A DNA stretch of 18,160 nucleotides from an uncultured Pseudomonadota bacterium (GTDB taxonomy: Bacteria; BMS3Abin14): the NCBI GenBank assembly GCA_964454175.1, contig CAYVSA010000041.1, positions 1 to 18,160 of the forward strand. The letters are read 5' to 3'. Below the pieces are notes generated by a model. The model was not told where the DNA came from. It made no database searches and saw only the letters and a list, made by a program, of their open reading frames with translations. The stretch's first letter is position 1. Each line of letters begins with the position of its first letter. Shown piece by piece: positions 17,966 to 18,160 of the stretch. The translations under genes and the position numbers were made by a program.

Positions 17966-18160
17966 GGCGAACTCGTCCCCGCTCGAGAGCAGGGGGTGGG
18001 TTTCCGACGTTCCCTTCACCTGGGTGATCTCCACCAGGGGTTCGTTGCGCAGGCGTTGCTCCGCGTAGGCGTCGTCCATGGGGTCGCCCGCCCAGTCCAC
18101 GAGCTTGAACATCTGTCCATTGGAACCGTTGGAGTTGTGGGGGATGGCGAGGCTCTCGAT
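17966..18160 (-). pseudogene. DUF3604-like (PHP-fold) gene, entering from the window edge and apparently 3'-truncated
   Basis: Frame is open from 18160: [18 protein letters not shown]...[34 protein letters not shown], recognisable as DUF3604 core motifs. After DEFA the frame reads the antisense of the tRNA half and its promoter, stopping at 17822. Confidence 0.75.

Noticed and set aside
17918-18009. Complete ~92-nt tRNA with a CCA anticodon (TTCCGAC at 18002-18008 pairs 6/7 with GCCGGAG)
   Set aside because: There is no T stem or TTCRA loop, the anticodon stem has a mismatch, and position 37 is a pyrimidine. The 3' part is explained by DUF3604-like codons on the other strand.
17953-18160. 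Group I intron in the tRNA-Leu anticodon loop
   Set aside because: The inserted sequence is antisense protein-coding sequence, and I see no group I core elements. It cannot be fully excluded beyond the window edge.
1-18160. CRISPR array, IS element, integrase or phage genes
   Set aside because: No regularly spaced direct repeats and no transposase, integrase or phage-like ORFs were recognised.

Overview
Bacterial chromosomal window of mostly housekeeping and envelope/redox genes. On the minus strand are an M20D amidohydrolase, transketolase, and a sterol-desaturase-like / YyaL / DUF3047 cluster. On the plus strand are system II cytochrome c maturation genes (ccsA-like then resB-like), a YrfG-like HAD hydrolase and a GNAT. 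These are followed by an AMIN/SPOR-like protein (-), a trmJ-tlpA-DUF3147-NUDIX-methyltransferase run (+), a KamA-family radical SAM enzyme (-), a methyltransferase-CDF pair (+) and a small membrane-anchored protein (-). Four features are not obvious from the ORF track. (1) At the right edge, a promoter-driven tRNA-Leu-like 5' half breaks down at the anticodon and is joined to a 3'-truncated, GC-richer DUF3604-like gene on the opposite strand. (2) A 23-codon mini-ORF resembling the N-terminus of a 2-oxoacid:ferredoxin oxidoreductase subunit is TGATG-coupled to the desaturase gene. (3) A perfect 18-bp inverted repeat straddles a stop codon. (4) The CcsA-like protein has a non-canonical WWD motif. 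No CRISPR array, integrase or transposase was seen. All family calls are from motif recognition, not database searches.
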